Assembly: GCA_040954595.2 (NCBI GenBank) | Contig: CM082577.2 | Location: 11,937,654 to 12,001,653 of the forward strand | DNA: 64,000 bases | Direction of reading: 5' to 3' | From: Balanoglossus misakiensis | Lineage: Eukaryota > Animalia > Hemichordata | In this document: piece after piece, positions 53,259 to 64,000 of the stretch | How the letters are laid out: every line of letters begins with the position of its first letter | Position numbering within the stretch: position 1 is the first letter of the stretch | The notes under the pieces: model-generated | Database searches by the model: none | What the model was told of the DNA's origin: nothing | Seen by the model: the letters and a program-made list of their open reading frames with translations, nothing else | Translations under genes and position numbers: made by a program

Positions 53259-54769
53259 TCACACACACGCACGCACACGCACACATATACAAATTCCACA
53301 TTTCTGAATTGGTTCCATTATGTGTATTCACAGATGCCTGTCGTCAGCTGATAACCTTTTTCTATCAGAAAGGTAAACTGAATTGTGATTGTCAGCAACA
53401 ATGTAGGTAAGTAAATGAAGATTTAGCGAACTGCTTGCCCGATTAGTATTTGTATGGGTGCTGCTTGTGTGCGTTAATATAAATGGACATGTGTGAGAAC
53501 TTGTGTAGGCCTGTACATAGAGTGAATGCAGTAGTGGAATAGATATATGATAATGGAAGAAGTTCGGTTGCTTACATTTTCACTATATCACTCAAAATAT
53601 AGATATGCCTCATGATATTTTCTAAGGACAGACACATTTTATAAGGACAGAAAAATCTTACTTTTACATTACAGTGGAACGCATTATGCGAAGATGATGT
53701 CCCTGACTTCGTGGCCTTCAAGTTCGTATTCAGTAAGTAGTTTGCAAAGGCACTACCTCGCGCGCCATCGCGTGTATCTGCCAACATTGCTTTTGACAAA
53801 GTACGCGGTCACATTTCCCAAATAAATTTCGAAGTGTTTTACGTGAGTTACTTGTTTCCATTTTGTAAAGCCGTGTCTCTCGTTAGTCTCGGTTACCCAG
53901 ACCCCTCTGCTTCTTCCGTCTGCTCTTGTAGCAATTACCAATTTATATGTTCTGAAAGTTAAGTGTAGACCCTCTACTTTCTGACAGCAACATCTGATGA
54001 GTAGTCTGATGGCTGTGAATCCGAAGATCAAGACGCTATTTTCAGCTAATGGTATCAGGTAGAGTTCTACGTATATTCCTGTTATTTTAAGTTAGTGGAC
54101 GTCTCAGGTACAGATTTTCAGAAGATTAAAAATGTTAGATCCGATATTTTTACTGCAATTTATTTGTCAAAGGTAAACTTTAATCGGAATTGATGTTATA
54201 CTTCCTTTAGCAACAATCTGGCACGGTTGAAGATATACTACGAATCACTGAACGTTGAAAGCATAGAAGAAGTCGAAGACTATCCTGTAAGTAGATACCA
54301 TAATTATCATATCAGTCGCCTGTGCATGCGTTGCTAGTTGCATACTATGATGTATATGGACAGCCATGATATAAAGTGAATAGGTCAATTTACATATGAA
54401 AAAAATATATGTTGAAAAACTTAGATGTTTGAGATTTGAATAAAATCACATGCATGTGCATCAGTACGGTGTCTCAATGAATACCAATGGATTCAAAGTT
54501 GGCAAGAATTTCTTTACTTGTGTTCACTACATGAATTTGTCGTTTATCCTTTCTGGGACTTCAATTCAATCCAATTCAATTTAATCAACCCTCAACTATT
54601 TTCGTACCTCAAGGCTATACAGTTGTTAGCTGACTTTGGTGGCGCCCTTGGACTTTGGGTTGGACTGTCAATATTAACTGTGGTCGAGTTTGCGGAGTTC
54701 ATCTTCGACGTTTGCTCTCGAAAAAAGAAACGAGGGAGTGAAGACTTGGAACTAACGGACAACATGTAA
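39031..54769 (+). CDS. DEG/ENaC (amiloride-sensitive sodium channel family) subunit with 13 LDL-receptor class A repeats in the ectodomain, 25 exons, ~1092 aa
   Basis: Exons 39031-39415 (TTCHG, TM1, FPAVTVCN), 42481-42603, 43437-43562, 43791-43919, 44085-44135, 44623-44763, 44946-45071, 45255-45377, 45624-45758, 46521-46637, 47129-47266, 47537-47650, 47829-47948, 48507-48620, 49283-49423, 49829-50123 ([13 protein letters not shown]), 50376-50485 (YGNCYTFN), 50685-50848 (GLKLTL, GVRFVVH), 51212-51298, 52840-52945 (CGC), 53334-53406, 53675-53732 (SWPS), 53988-54058, 54211-54286, 54614-54769 ([19 protein letters not shown]). Total 3279 nt, one open frame. Confidence 0.93.
42100..42375. repeat. 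Compound microsatellite (TACA)n-(GGAC)n-(AGAC)n
   Basis: Seen directly. Confidence 0.98.
45112..45207. repeat. (CAGA)n/(TAGA)n microsatellite
   Basis: Seen directly. Confidence 0.95.
45930..46171. mobile_element. TTAA-flanked MITE
   Basis: TTAA|AGCGCCATTAGCTGT ... ACAGCTAATGTCCGT|TTAA, with imperfect TIRs. Confidence 0.65.
48010..48194. mobile_element. TTAA-flanked MITE (inverted relative at ~37217-37400)
   Basis: TTAA|AGGTACACGGTCACC ... GGTTACCGTATACCT|TTAA. The internal TTTTTCGCGTGTGCCACC is the reverse complement of sequence at ~37297-37315. Confidence 0.8.
48632..48981. mobile_element. AcademH-like non-autonomous element (same TIR as 24702-25159; single ends also at ~37016 and ~53884)
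   Basis: TTAGTAAAGC|TAGTCTCGGTTACCCAGAC ... GTCTGGGTAACCGAGACAA|TAAGTAAAGC; 10-bp TSD with one mismatch. Confidence 0.85.
50184..50319. repeat. Compound trinucleotide microsatellite (GGT/GAT/GGA)n, intronic
   Basis: Seen directly; lies between channel exons 50123 and 50376. Confidence 0.97.
51535..52762. mobile_element. ~1.2-kb non-autonomous element with long (~250 bp) imperfect TIRs
   Basis: CGTTATCTCTAAAATTGTAACAACGTCACAAT...TTGAACGGACTGGGTTCCTCCC (51613-51800) mirrors 52474-52708. No TSD identified. Confidence 0.8.
52994..53290. repeat. (TACA)n-(TGCA)n-(TACA)n microsatellite
   Basis: Seen directly. Confidence 0.98.
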
Positions 54770-54910
54770 ACTTGCATGGCAGACACCGATCAAGTCTTGT
54801 TTAACCATGCATGCCTGATACATATTTCATGTCAACATATACATAACTATACTTGCATGTTGTTACATTGCAAATCTTTTTTCGAATGAATAATAGAAGG
54901 TTCATATCAT

Positions 54911-54987
54911 GAGGCATCGTGTACCTAGTGGTCAAGGTACCAGACTCACAATCGAAGGGTCGTGTGTTTGATGCCCAGAGCCGGACA
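54911..54987 (+). mobile_element. Degenerate tRNA-derived SINE head
   Basis: A-box-like TGTACCTAGTGGTCAAG and B-box-like GTTTGATGCCC at tRNA-like spacing. The stems do not pair well enough for a tRNA gene. Confidence 0.5.
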
Positions 54988-55531
54988 TGGCCGTGGATTT
55001 TCTGTTATCTGTGTTTGCTATGAATGAATTACTTTTAACTAAATAAATGATATCATATACAATATAGTACAATTGAAAAAAAACGATCTTTTACGATACA
55101 TACACCTTTTTGTAATTTATGAATAGTTGAATGGAATTTGTTCGTCATATACTAGCATTAGTTGTTGTATTTTGACTTACCGTTGATAACATAATTTTGC
55201 ACATTGAATTATAATACTATTTACTAATATAATCTATTAACCGAATTGTCTGTATGCGCGAATTACCGAATATGCAAAGTACATAAATGTTTTCTAAAAC
55301 GTCACATTTTTTTTCAATTCAAATTTTCACATATAATTGGTAAATAGCATTATTGGTAAAGTGAGCACAATGTTAGACGTTTATAGAGATTACACTACCT
55401 AGCTTTTTTCGGCTTAACTATAGTTTGAAACATATTGTAAATGCAGGTCATTACTGTATGTTTTTCAAACTAAGCTTTTTGGACCGTTTAAGGCCCGGTG
55501 TCTGTATTCTTGTCTGTCTATCTTATCGTAT

Positions 55532-55708
55532 CAGTGAAACCTGTCTATTAAGGACACCTCTGGGACAAAAAAAATCTGTCCTTAATACGGAGGTGTCCTT
55601 AATAGACATGTAACATTCTATTCAATTTGTAACTTTTGTGATGAAAAACCTGTCCGTAATAGAGAGGTGTCCTGATAAGAGAGGTGTCCGTAATGACAGG
55701 TTTCGCTG
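55532..55708. mobile_element. pogo/Tigger-like MITE
   Basis: CAGTGAAACCTGTCTATTAAGGACACCTCT ... AGAGGTGTCCGTAATGACAGGTTTCGCTG|TA. Confidence 0.8.
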
Positions 55709-57050
55709 TATACAGTGAGGTATGCAGTGAATTGTACTTGTTTTAATTCTGCTTTGAGCTGAGGGGCTTTGCCGCGACAACTTGAAAGTGTACATTCTCA
55801 TTCTCTGCACTGGTCCTTTTCGACACGTTGTAATGAAACGACAGTCCAATCACGTGATGTATTCAGGTTACACCTGGAATGTTTTATTGGACAGTATATG
55901 ATCTCATTCGGAAACAAAGCGAAAAGTTCACAGATTTTCTTTAAAGCTTAGCAGACCCTGAAAAACTACAACTTCTTATTTTAAAACTGTTGCAGTTAGC
56001 TCAATTTGTTAAATCAATGTGTGAAGAAATGTCTTTTCGGTATTGTTATTTATTATATTTCCATTGTTTGGAAGTGAATTGTAAGTGCGAGTGGTCTGGT
56101 TGCACAGATTATATTTCACACTCATGTAACGCTGACAGAAAATGCCACCATAATAAATGTACCACACCACAAAGTGACGTGTTGTTTACTCTATTTACTG
56201 ACAGCCACTGCAGTCAATTGTGAAATATAAACGGCACCGGGTTGAAAACATTCTATGAGAGTTGCAGCTAAAGGAGATTTTTACTATAATCATATTATCA
56301 AATCATAAGGCTTCATACGGATAGTGGTGTGCCAATGTAGAATCTACACGGCCCGCTACAGAGTCTAAAACTTAGATTTCCGTGAATATACTACATAAAT
56401 GTACCCTTTCTCGGAAACATTGATATACAGGCGTAATCATTTTGTATGCGTAAAAACTTGAGACTCTAGTAAAGGCCTGTGCTCACCACACGGCAGTTCT
56501 GTATGTAACCTTTGACCCTGAATGTGACAATCTGCAACACATGGTACACACTTTCGTCGTTGCTATATCCATGTGCCGTCTTTGACGATTCTGACCTGTA
56601 TCGCATATACCTACCCTGTCCACGACTTTTATGAAACAGCAATTTTGTCCAAACTACATCACGTCTTGTTGATCATACATAAAGTGGCTGACAGGCAAAA
56701 ACAGATACGACAAAGAAAATACGACATCACGCCATCGTTTTGCTGAAAGCCAAGTCTAAAAGTCAATGTCCACATACTTAACTTGTGGAAATATTGACCA
56801 ACAAGAGGTGATATCGGTCGATACTTTCATTGTACATGTACATGTATCACATATACCTACCCTGACTATTACAGACAGTAATCTTGTCAAAATTACACTA
56901 CGTCTTAATTGTTTATCATAATTTACATAAAGACAGATAAATATAAATTTATATAATTTTTATAAAAGACAAATTAAAAAAGGAAATCACGCCATCACAC
57001 CTCTTTTGCGAAAAGCCAAGGACCAGAAACACAGTATTTTGGTCCAAAAG

Positions 57051-57325
57051 TCAAATGTCCACAGACAGACCGACGCCCTCTACGACGATTTGATCGACAT
57101 CGAAGTCGCCCTCTCTCCGCCTTTCTGCCAGTCTTGAATGCCGTAGTTGTTGCAATCCAGAGTTGCGGATCAGTGTGAGAGCTAAAAACCAGCGATTACG
57201 CGGCAGACTTCTTCTTTGTTCGACTTTGACGGCTGTACCTGATAGTAGTCAAAGTAGAAACAGCATTTATCGGATAAGAATACAACTCAAATGTACATGT
57301 ACATGTATGTATGTAGGTATGTATG

Positions 57326-57359
<34 letters not shown>

Positions 57360-60300
57360 TGTATGTATGTATGTATGTATGTATGTATGTATGTATGTAT
57401 GTATGTATGTATATTGATAATTTAATGCTTAAATTTGCATATTTTTAGTCTTTATCGAACTGTGTACACGTGAGCATACGTGCAGTAGTGTTCAATTCAT
57501 TGTATCTGGCGAATTTTGACCTTTGGATCATGTGGACATGCGTGCAGCGTTTTCACCGGCTGAACATAAAGTCATGAACGTCGCAGATTGGGAAGGTTTT
57601 GCCCGAAACCGAGAGCCCCAGCATCAGTTTGGCCTTCAGTTGATGGCCTTATGGGATAATGACTGGAGCGACGACGAAGAAGTGTTGGATATCGGATGTG
57701 GTACAGGAGAACTCACCAGGCACTTAGCCGAACGCGAAAACGTTGCGCTTGTAACAGGTATGTGAGTTTATGAGTTCTCTTACGTTGTCGGAGCATTGAC
57801 CAGGTAACACATCCCCTGCCGCACAGAGCTATTGGTAGACATTTAGCTATCACTTCGAGAAAAGACGCGTCTATGGTGGACATTGTAAGGATTATTGCTG
57901 TGGTTGCTTCTTTAATCCTAATGCCTAAATCTATTGCCTATTTCCGTTCAGTTTCCAAATTGTGAACGTGACCTGATAGTTGTTTTTGTTGGCATGACCT
58001 GATCTAAAGGCGCAGACGCGCATTGTTGGTGTCACCTTGACCTATTTAAGACGCACATTTCGTCAGACACGTATTGCGTCGTCGAAGATCGTCGAATTCA
58101 GGGAGTACATGCTCAGTTGCTAATTACCCCGGTTCATGTTGTTGTTACCCAAGCGGCTGGTGTAACTCAAGTAGAGTCATGGATGTATTTTTGAAGAAAT
58201 AATGCACTTATTCTAAAACACGGGTCAGTTATACAATTGTATAAATGAATATGTTGGCGTATGTGAATGAAGTGTCACCGATGGTACACGTATAGACAAT
58301 TAAACAAAGCATTCATTGACGACGGCTCTGTTGCAGCTTGATTTGCTTTAGTGCTGCAAAGTTGAGATTGATTAAAGGAAAATTTACGGTATGGAAAAGA
58401 CTATGCAACACAATTCGCCTGTTACATTTCCAAGTAACGCAAAAAGGGATCCCATTTTTATGTGCCAAGTCCGTTGCCAATAGAAGCAACGCCAGTCATG
58501 CTAAGTCCTTAAATGGCTTTTTGGAAAAAAAACCCACAAGTAATACACACTTTTCATAAGTCTAGTGCCCTCATGAATGTGAACTCAAAGCGAGGCTAAT
58601 GGGGAAAACCCCTTGATGTGATTGGTCAACTTTTCCCCAATGGCCTCGCTTTGAGTTCACATTCATCATGGCTGCCTGAGGGCGCTAGACTTATGAAAAG
58701 GGTGTATACTGTACTGGAGAACCACCCTCGATAAATGTTTTTTGTGTTTCGTTGATAAAATAGGAATTGACGTATCTGCCGAAGCTATCGAATTTGCACG
58801 CCGCCACAACTCAGTGGACGGTAAGACTCGATATATAACCGCCGATGCCACCACACTTCGAGAAAACTTCAGTGACTTTGAAGGCAGGTTTACAAAGGTA
58901 TTCAGCAACACAGCCTTGCACTGGATGGAGGAGAAGGAAAGGGTGTTCGAAAATATATTCTGGTGTCTTAAGGAGGGCGGGACAGCTGCTGTAAACACAA
59001 ACTGTGTAGAGTCGATGGACCGCGCCTACCAGGTGTACATTGGATGCACCGAGCTGCCAAAGTGGAAAGAATACCTCAAGGTAGCATTTAATAGACCATT
59101 TTACGTGACCCCTTCATGACCTCACATCCGCGTAATTCCGTCGGTAGGAATCCGTCAGTTCTTTCTAAAACGTTTACAAATTTCTTAATTTCGCCCGTAA
59201 TTAATTAGCTTATTACAAGAGTGACTCTATTTCAAGCAACAATTTACAAGTTGTAGGCTATGTCTCAAAATGTTGATTTTGGACAACCACACACCGACGG
59301 AAGTGCAAAGGTGAAACTTCATATAGGTTTCATGAAAGTTCATAGACCTGTTTGCTATGTATGTCAGTTGTATAGGTTCAGTCACGTGATGAGTACGTGT
59401 TCATGTATACACAGGTGGGATTAAACTTTATATTATGAAAAAAATTGCCGAACACGTGTGCATAGCCATACAGATACTAAACTCTGTAAAAGTGGAACAT
59501 ATTTGCTAACACGCCTGGCCCATAATGCACCATTCGTTTTTGAAACCAAGTAACAAGTATGACAGATATGCTGTATTGTTTTATTTTGGGGGCAATTTCG
59601 TCACTGTTGTCACACCTTGTTTATTAAAAACAACCCACAGGATTTTCGTCCAAGTTACCACCCGTTTAATGGCGGATATCAAGAACTGGACGACATGATT
59701 TCAAAGTATGGGTTCAAGAAACATCTCAGCGTAATCGAACCATTTACAGAAAAGCGGACATTCAAAACGAGAGAAGAGTCTAAAGGTATACTCCACAGAA
59801 AATATATTTACCACGAGATTGCAATGTGAGTGTGTCAGAGAGCTGTATCCAATTAAAGTGTACATATGACATGAACATTTTCAAGATTTCAGAAACAGCA
59901 ATATTTCCGTTTTGCTGTCACGTTGCAAGGCATTTTATGTTATTGAAAAGTATGCGTCAGTACCCACGGGGGATCAAAATACATTTCACGTCATTCGCTG
60001 AATATATCCTGTAATAGTTATACCTATTGCATCTGGTGTCATACATATTGTCTGATTCACCTCCGCGTCTGTCCATATAGATGGTGATTTTCAATCTGGC
60101 GTTATCTCATCCGACTCTTCTACATGATGATAATAGTCGTCCAAGTTTGACGTTCATTTTGGTCACAGTGTTGTGTATGTACGCGTGTAGTCAGGGTATT
60201 GTGTCGTATGCTCCTAAATTAATTGCACCTTTATTCCTTTTGTTTGACCTACACTAGGATTTATTAAGCCTCTCATGAATCAACTACAACTTATACCACC

Positions 60301-63300
60301 GTGTCTACGTGACGAGTTTCTGAATGATTGTTGCCGGATGTTGCGCTCAAAGCAAAACAAGCAAGAAGATGGGCAATGGGACGTTTCCTGGGATTCGTGT
60401 GGATACACATTGAAACTTCAGAAATAATGGCGTCTCTGCGGTGTTTACCATTTATTCATTTTGGCGGGATTTTTACTCTCATATCCTACAAACGGGGTGG
60501 AAGTTGTGTGTCGTTGAATGTTGATTCTCTATATATCCTCATGTAGTATAACATAAATGGTGTCTTGTATCAAACATAATTAATGGAAAAGGGCCTGCGA
60601 GAGCGAGACTTTGTCCCTTTAGTGACGACGTTAGGCTACTAGTATGTGTGTGTGTATGTATGTATGTATGTATGTATGTATGTATGTATGTATGTATGTA
60701 TGTATGTATGTATGTATGTATGTATGTATGTATGTATGTATGTATGTATGTATGTATGTATGTATGTATGTATGTATGTATGTATGTATGTATGTATGTA
60801 TGTATGTATGTATGTATGTATGTATGTATGTATGTATTATGTATGTATGTATGTATGTATGTATTATGCGATGTGAAAGAGAGGATCAAATAAATACAAA
60901 AAAGTCGATTAGACTGTGCCTCACCTGGACCATCATCCGGAGAATTAATGGAAACATTTTCCCTCTTAATACGCCTGCTGTCCTCCAGACTCAACAGAAG
61001 CAAGCGACAAAACCACACTAACACAGGATGTGTATGGGCATTTTCAAGCTGCAAGAATCCAACATAGGCACGGAATCCTACAAAGTAAAGATATGTTGGC
61101 GCATTGCTATATCATTGGCACCGTTCAAGCATAAAATGCGGATTGTTGGGTTTGTGTTATTTGATGGAATGGCCCCTGGTCATGGAAGGCCGCGTCACAG
61201 ATTTCCATTCTCCTCATAAATTCGTTGGATATCGATAATACCTGTTAGCTGAACTTACAGTATATGTACATTAAATAGTTTAAAAGGCAATGATAAAAAA
61301 TGCTGTTATTAACAGTTACAGCTCATGGACCTACAGCATGTCGGATTGGTTGAGGACTGATTGTACCGCCTCGTGACCTACCTGGATCAAATCTTTCGAC
61401 CACCCTGGGCAATATGCTGTAATCGAGGCGAGAAAACAACAGTGCGCCGAAGATCACTCCTTTGAATAATCTCATCAGAGTCGAGAACAGGCCAAGGTAG
61501 ATGTTGTAGAAGAAGGCGAAGAATGTGCAGTTGTGAAATAACCGTCTGTAAAGAAGGAAACAATATTTCAAAGTGACACGGTATCTGATGTTACCTGAAC
61601 AAAACACAGTTTTGTGCCGTACTCGGATGTGAAATATTTTGTAACGGATATCGAAAAGTTACCACCTACAATTAGGCAAAAATAAAAAAATATGTGCTGT
61701 TCCGATTACCCGACCTACCCTAATTTTAACTCGCCGACCCTCATGACCCTAAACTTGCTGACCCTAAACTTTTTAGAGCTTCGTAAACCGGAAGTAAAAA
61801 TAACCTTGTCAAATATACATTTTTTTAAATTGCAAGAACTATGACGTCATTCTTCCACACTACGGCGGCCAAAGATATAAAAATGCAGAAAAAAAAAATC
61901 CCTACATTTCTACCCTATTTTTGAAATTAGCCTTATAATGCAATAAATTATGTCAGTATGTCACATGATGATGTATCGAGAAGTTAATCTTGTAAGACAT
62001 TATATAAAACGGAATGATAACTGCATACGATTATTGGATACTTGGTGATACATGGTTATGATACGATACGCTATGATACAACAAGATGCGATGCAATATT
62101 ACAAAGCCTATACTTTTACCTGTTATCAAGTGCAAAGACTCGTCCACGGTCTTGCAGGAAGACAAACCTTGCCAGGAGATACTGTACCAATGTTACGATC
62201 AGACCGATCAGGATAATTGGCCTGAAAGGTATATACATGTACATATATGTATGTATACAGGTATATACATATGTACGCAAGACGCATTACTCGTAAAAAG
62301 TCATATACGGTCGACACCGGGAAAGCCTCATTTCTAATAATTCGAAAAAAATGTCTTGTTCGATGGACTTGACTGCTGATTTATGTCTGATTTCATCATT
62401 TAAGATTTGCATGTTTAACAAAGGTAAGAATGTACTCCAAAACTTTGCTCAGAAAACACTTACGCTCTTAAAACTGTGACCAGCGCCCCTGGCGGTTATA
62501 TTGGAAAGAAACTGAGAGTCCACAACAGGGGTTTGTATCTATGGATGATCATCATGGCGTATCTTCAATGTACCTGGCTACACGTATACGACAGGGGATT
62601 GCATGAGAAACTTTACTCACCATACCCATAAGGCAAATTTCTTCAGCAGCTGACGACCTTCAGGAGTGATGACCGCAAGACTGAAAACACCGGTGACAAC
62701 AAGTACAACCCCAAAATGGATGATGAATCCTATTTCGTACAAATGAAAGTAATTTACACAGTTTTTTCTTCTATTCTGTATGCATGTGTAATAGTTTATT
62801 TGCTTATAATGAAAGGTAGTTGGCATCGAAGTAGGCATTTTGTCTATATGTCACGCACAAACGTATCTCTTTTAAATACAGCAAAATTGGTACACTTGTT
62901 TACACTTCCGAAGTTATGAAATGCCATTATTTTGTACACATAGAGATTTTATGTAAGTGTTCCATTATGAAATGCCATTATTTTGTACACTTAGAGATTT
63001 TATGTAAGTGTTCCATGTATTCTTAATATCACAGAAGGTTAAAAAAAGAGTCACTTACCAAAAACCGCGTAAGCCACTTGGAATCCAGCGAAGCGACTCG
63101 ATGAAACCTGCATAAATTCAAAACACAAAAGAATACCGTTTTATTTCTCATTCAGGATACGAGTTAACATCATGATAGGGACAAAGTCTCTCTTTCGCTG
63201 CCTTTTTCCATTAACTATGTTTGATACAAGACACCGTGTATGTTATTCTTCGTGTGGATATGTGGATATATAGTGAATCAAAGTTCGACCACACATAACT

Positions 63301-63691
63301 TCCTTCCCAATTGTAGACACGAGGGTCTAAATGAATAATTGGTCTTTACCATTTATTCATTTTGGCGAGATTTTTACTTCCATATCCTACAAAAGGGATG
63401 GAAGTTGTGTGTGGTCGAATGCTGATTCACTATATATCCACATGTAGAATAACATAAACGTTATATTGTGTCAAACATACTGAATGGAAAAAGGGCAGCG
63501 AGAGAGAGACTTTGTCCCTTTAAACCAAGCTAAACAATTCTGATTGGAAACGAGACACTTAATGATACAATCAATAGTGCAACAAGACTGAACCTACCAC
63601 TCTCATTGCCGGGGTGATGGAAAATTTTGTATTTTCAGCAACAGCGGTTACTAGTGTGTGGTCTCCTCTGTACACAGACAGCATATTCTCT
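57051..63691 (-). CDS. STRA6: STRA6-like membrane protein (retinol-binding-protein receptor family), 3' portion; gene continues beyond the window
   Basis: Exons 63691-63598 (NMLSVYRG), 63107-63059 (FAGFQVAY), 62729-62621, 62221-62120 (FVFLQ...LDNR), 61545-61382 (RLFH..FFYN..LG..SRLD..FDPG), 61077-60925 (FRAYVGFLQLENAHTHPV) and 57238-57051 (RNRWFLALTLIRN, stop). Phases are consistent. A further possible donor lies at ~63967. The symbol denotes family membership, not one-to-one orthology. Confidence 0.9.
57295..57412. repeat. (TATG)n microsatellite
   Basis: Seen directly. Confidence 0.97.
57538..60427 (+). CDS. Class I SAM-dependent methyltransferase, juvenile hormone acid O-methyltransferase (JHAMT)-like, 4 exons, ~283 aa
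   Basis: Exons 57538-57757 (VLDIGCGTG), 58764-59080 (GIDVS, TADA, FTKVFSNTALHW, LKEGG), 59641-59785 and 60258-60427; 852 nt in frame. An alternative ATG lies at 57574. Confidence 0.88.
58544..58707. mobile_element. Short palindromic MITE
   Basis: TACACACTTTTCATAAGTCTAGTGCCCTCA...TGAGGGCGCTAGACTTATGAAAAGGGTGTA, with inner arm ATGAATGTGAACTCAAAGCGAGGC and its reverse complement. Confidence 0.85.
60643..60864. repeat. (TATG)n microsatellite
   Basis: Seen directly. Confidence 0.98.
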
Positions 63692-64000
63692 CTGTGGGTG
63701 ATGAGAAACGTACACTCATTTTCAATTTAGCAAAAAAATGCACCAATGTGTTAAGGGGTATAGAAAGTCATTACAAAATAACATTGTCAACCAGTGCCTA
63801 TCATCGCAGACATGTATGTGCGCTGATTGTCATATGAAATGTGAATGTTATTACGATTCAATCTATTTTGGTGTTGTAATTATCATCATCATTATTATTG
63901 TTCTTGTTGATAGTGTTGTTGTTGTTGTTGTTGCTGTTGTTGTTGTTGTTAAATAATTTACACTTACAACCACGGTGTCGCGAAAACGAACTTTTGGAGT

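Noticed and set aside
54911-54987. Functional tRNA gene
   Set aside because: The boxes are degenerate and cloverleaf pairing is poor; a SINE remnant fits better.
62914-63016. Two-copy ~52-bp tandem duplication in a STRA6-like intron
   Set aside because: Ordinary local duplication with no sign of function.

Overview
Eukaryotic, AT-rich, intron-dense DNA, inferred from gene content to be a marine invertebrate, probably a non-vertebrate deuterostome. The first ~25 kb is mostly repeats and transposon remnants: a 145-bp tandem array; a decayed Kolobok-type DDE transposase split by a solo LTR, a MITE and a BEN-domain element; and a tandem duplication carrying a RecQ-like (AcademH-type) helicase joined to hAT and LINE fragments, next to a Myb/SANT remnant. 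The rest holds four host genes that I assembled by hand from GT-AG boundaries. (1) A 12-exon SLC2A/GLUT-type transporter (minus) with most canonical sugar-binding residues replaced. (2) Head-to-head with it, a 25-exon DEG/ENaC channel (plus, ~1092 aa) with 13 LDL-receptor class A repeats in its ectodomain, one per phase-1 exon. (3) The 3' part of a STRA6-like gene (minus). (4) A complete 4-exon JHAMT-like SAM methyltransferase nested antisense in the last STRA6-like intron. Many MITEs and microsatellites lie in the introns. Family assignments come from motif recognition only; no searches were run.
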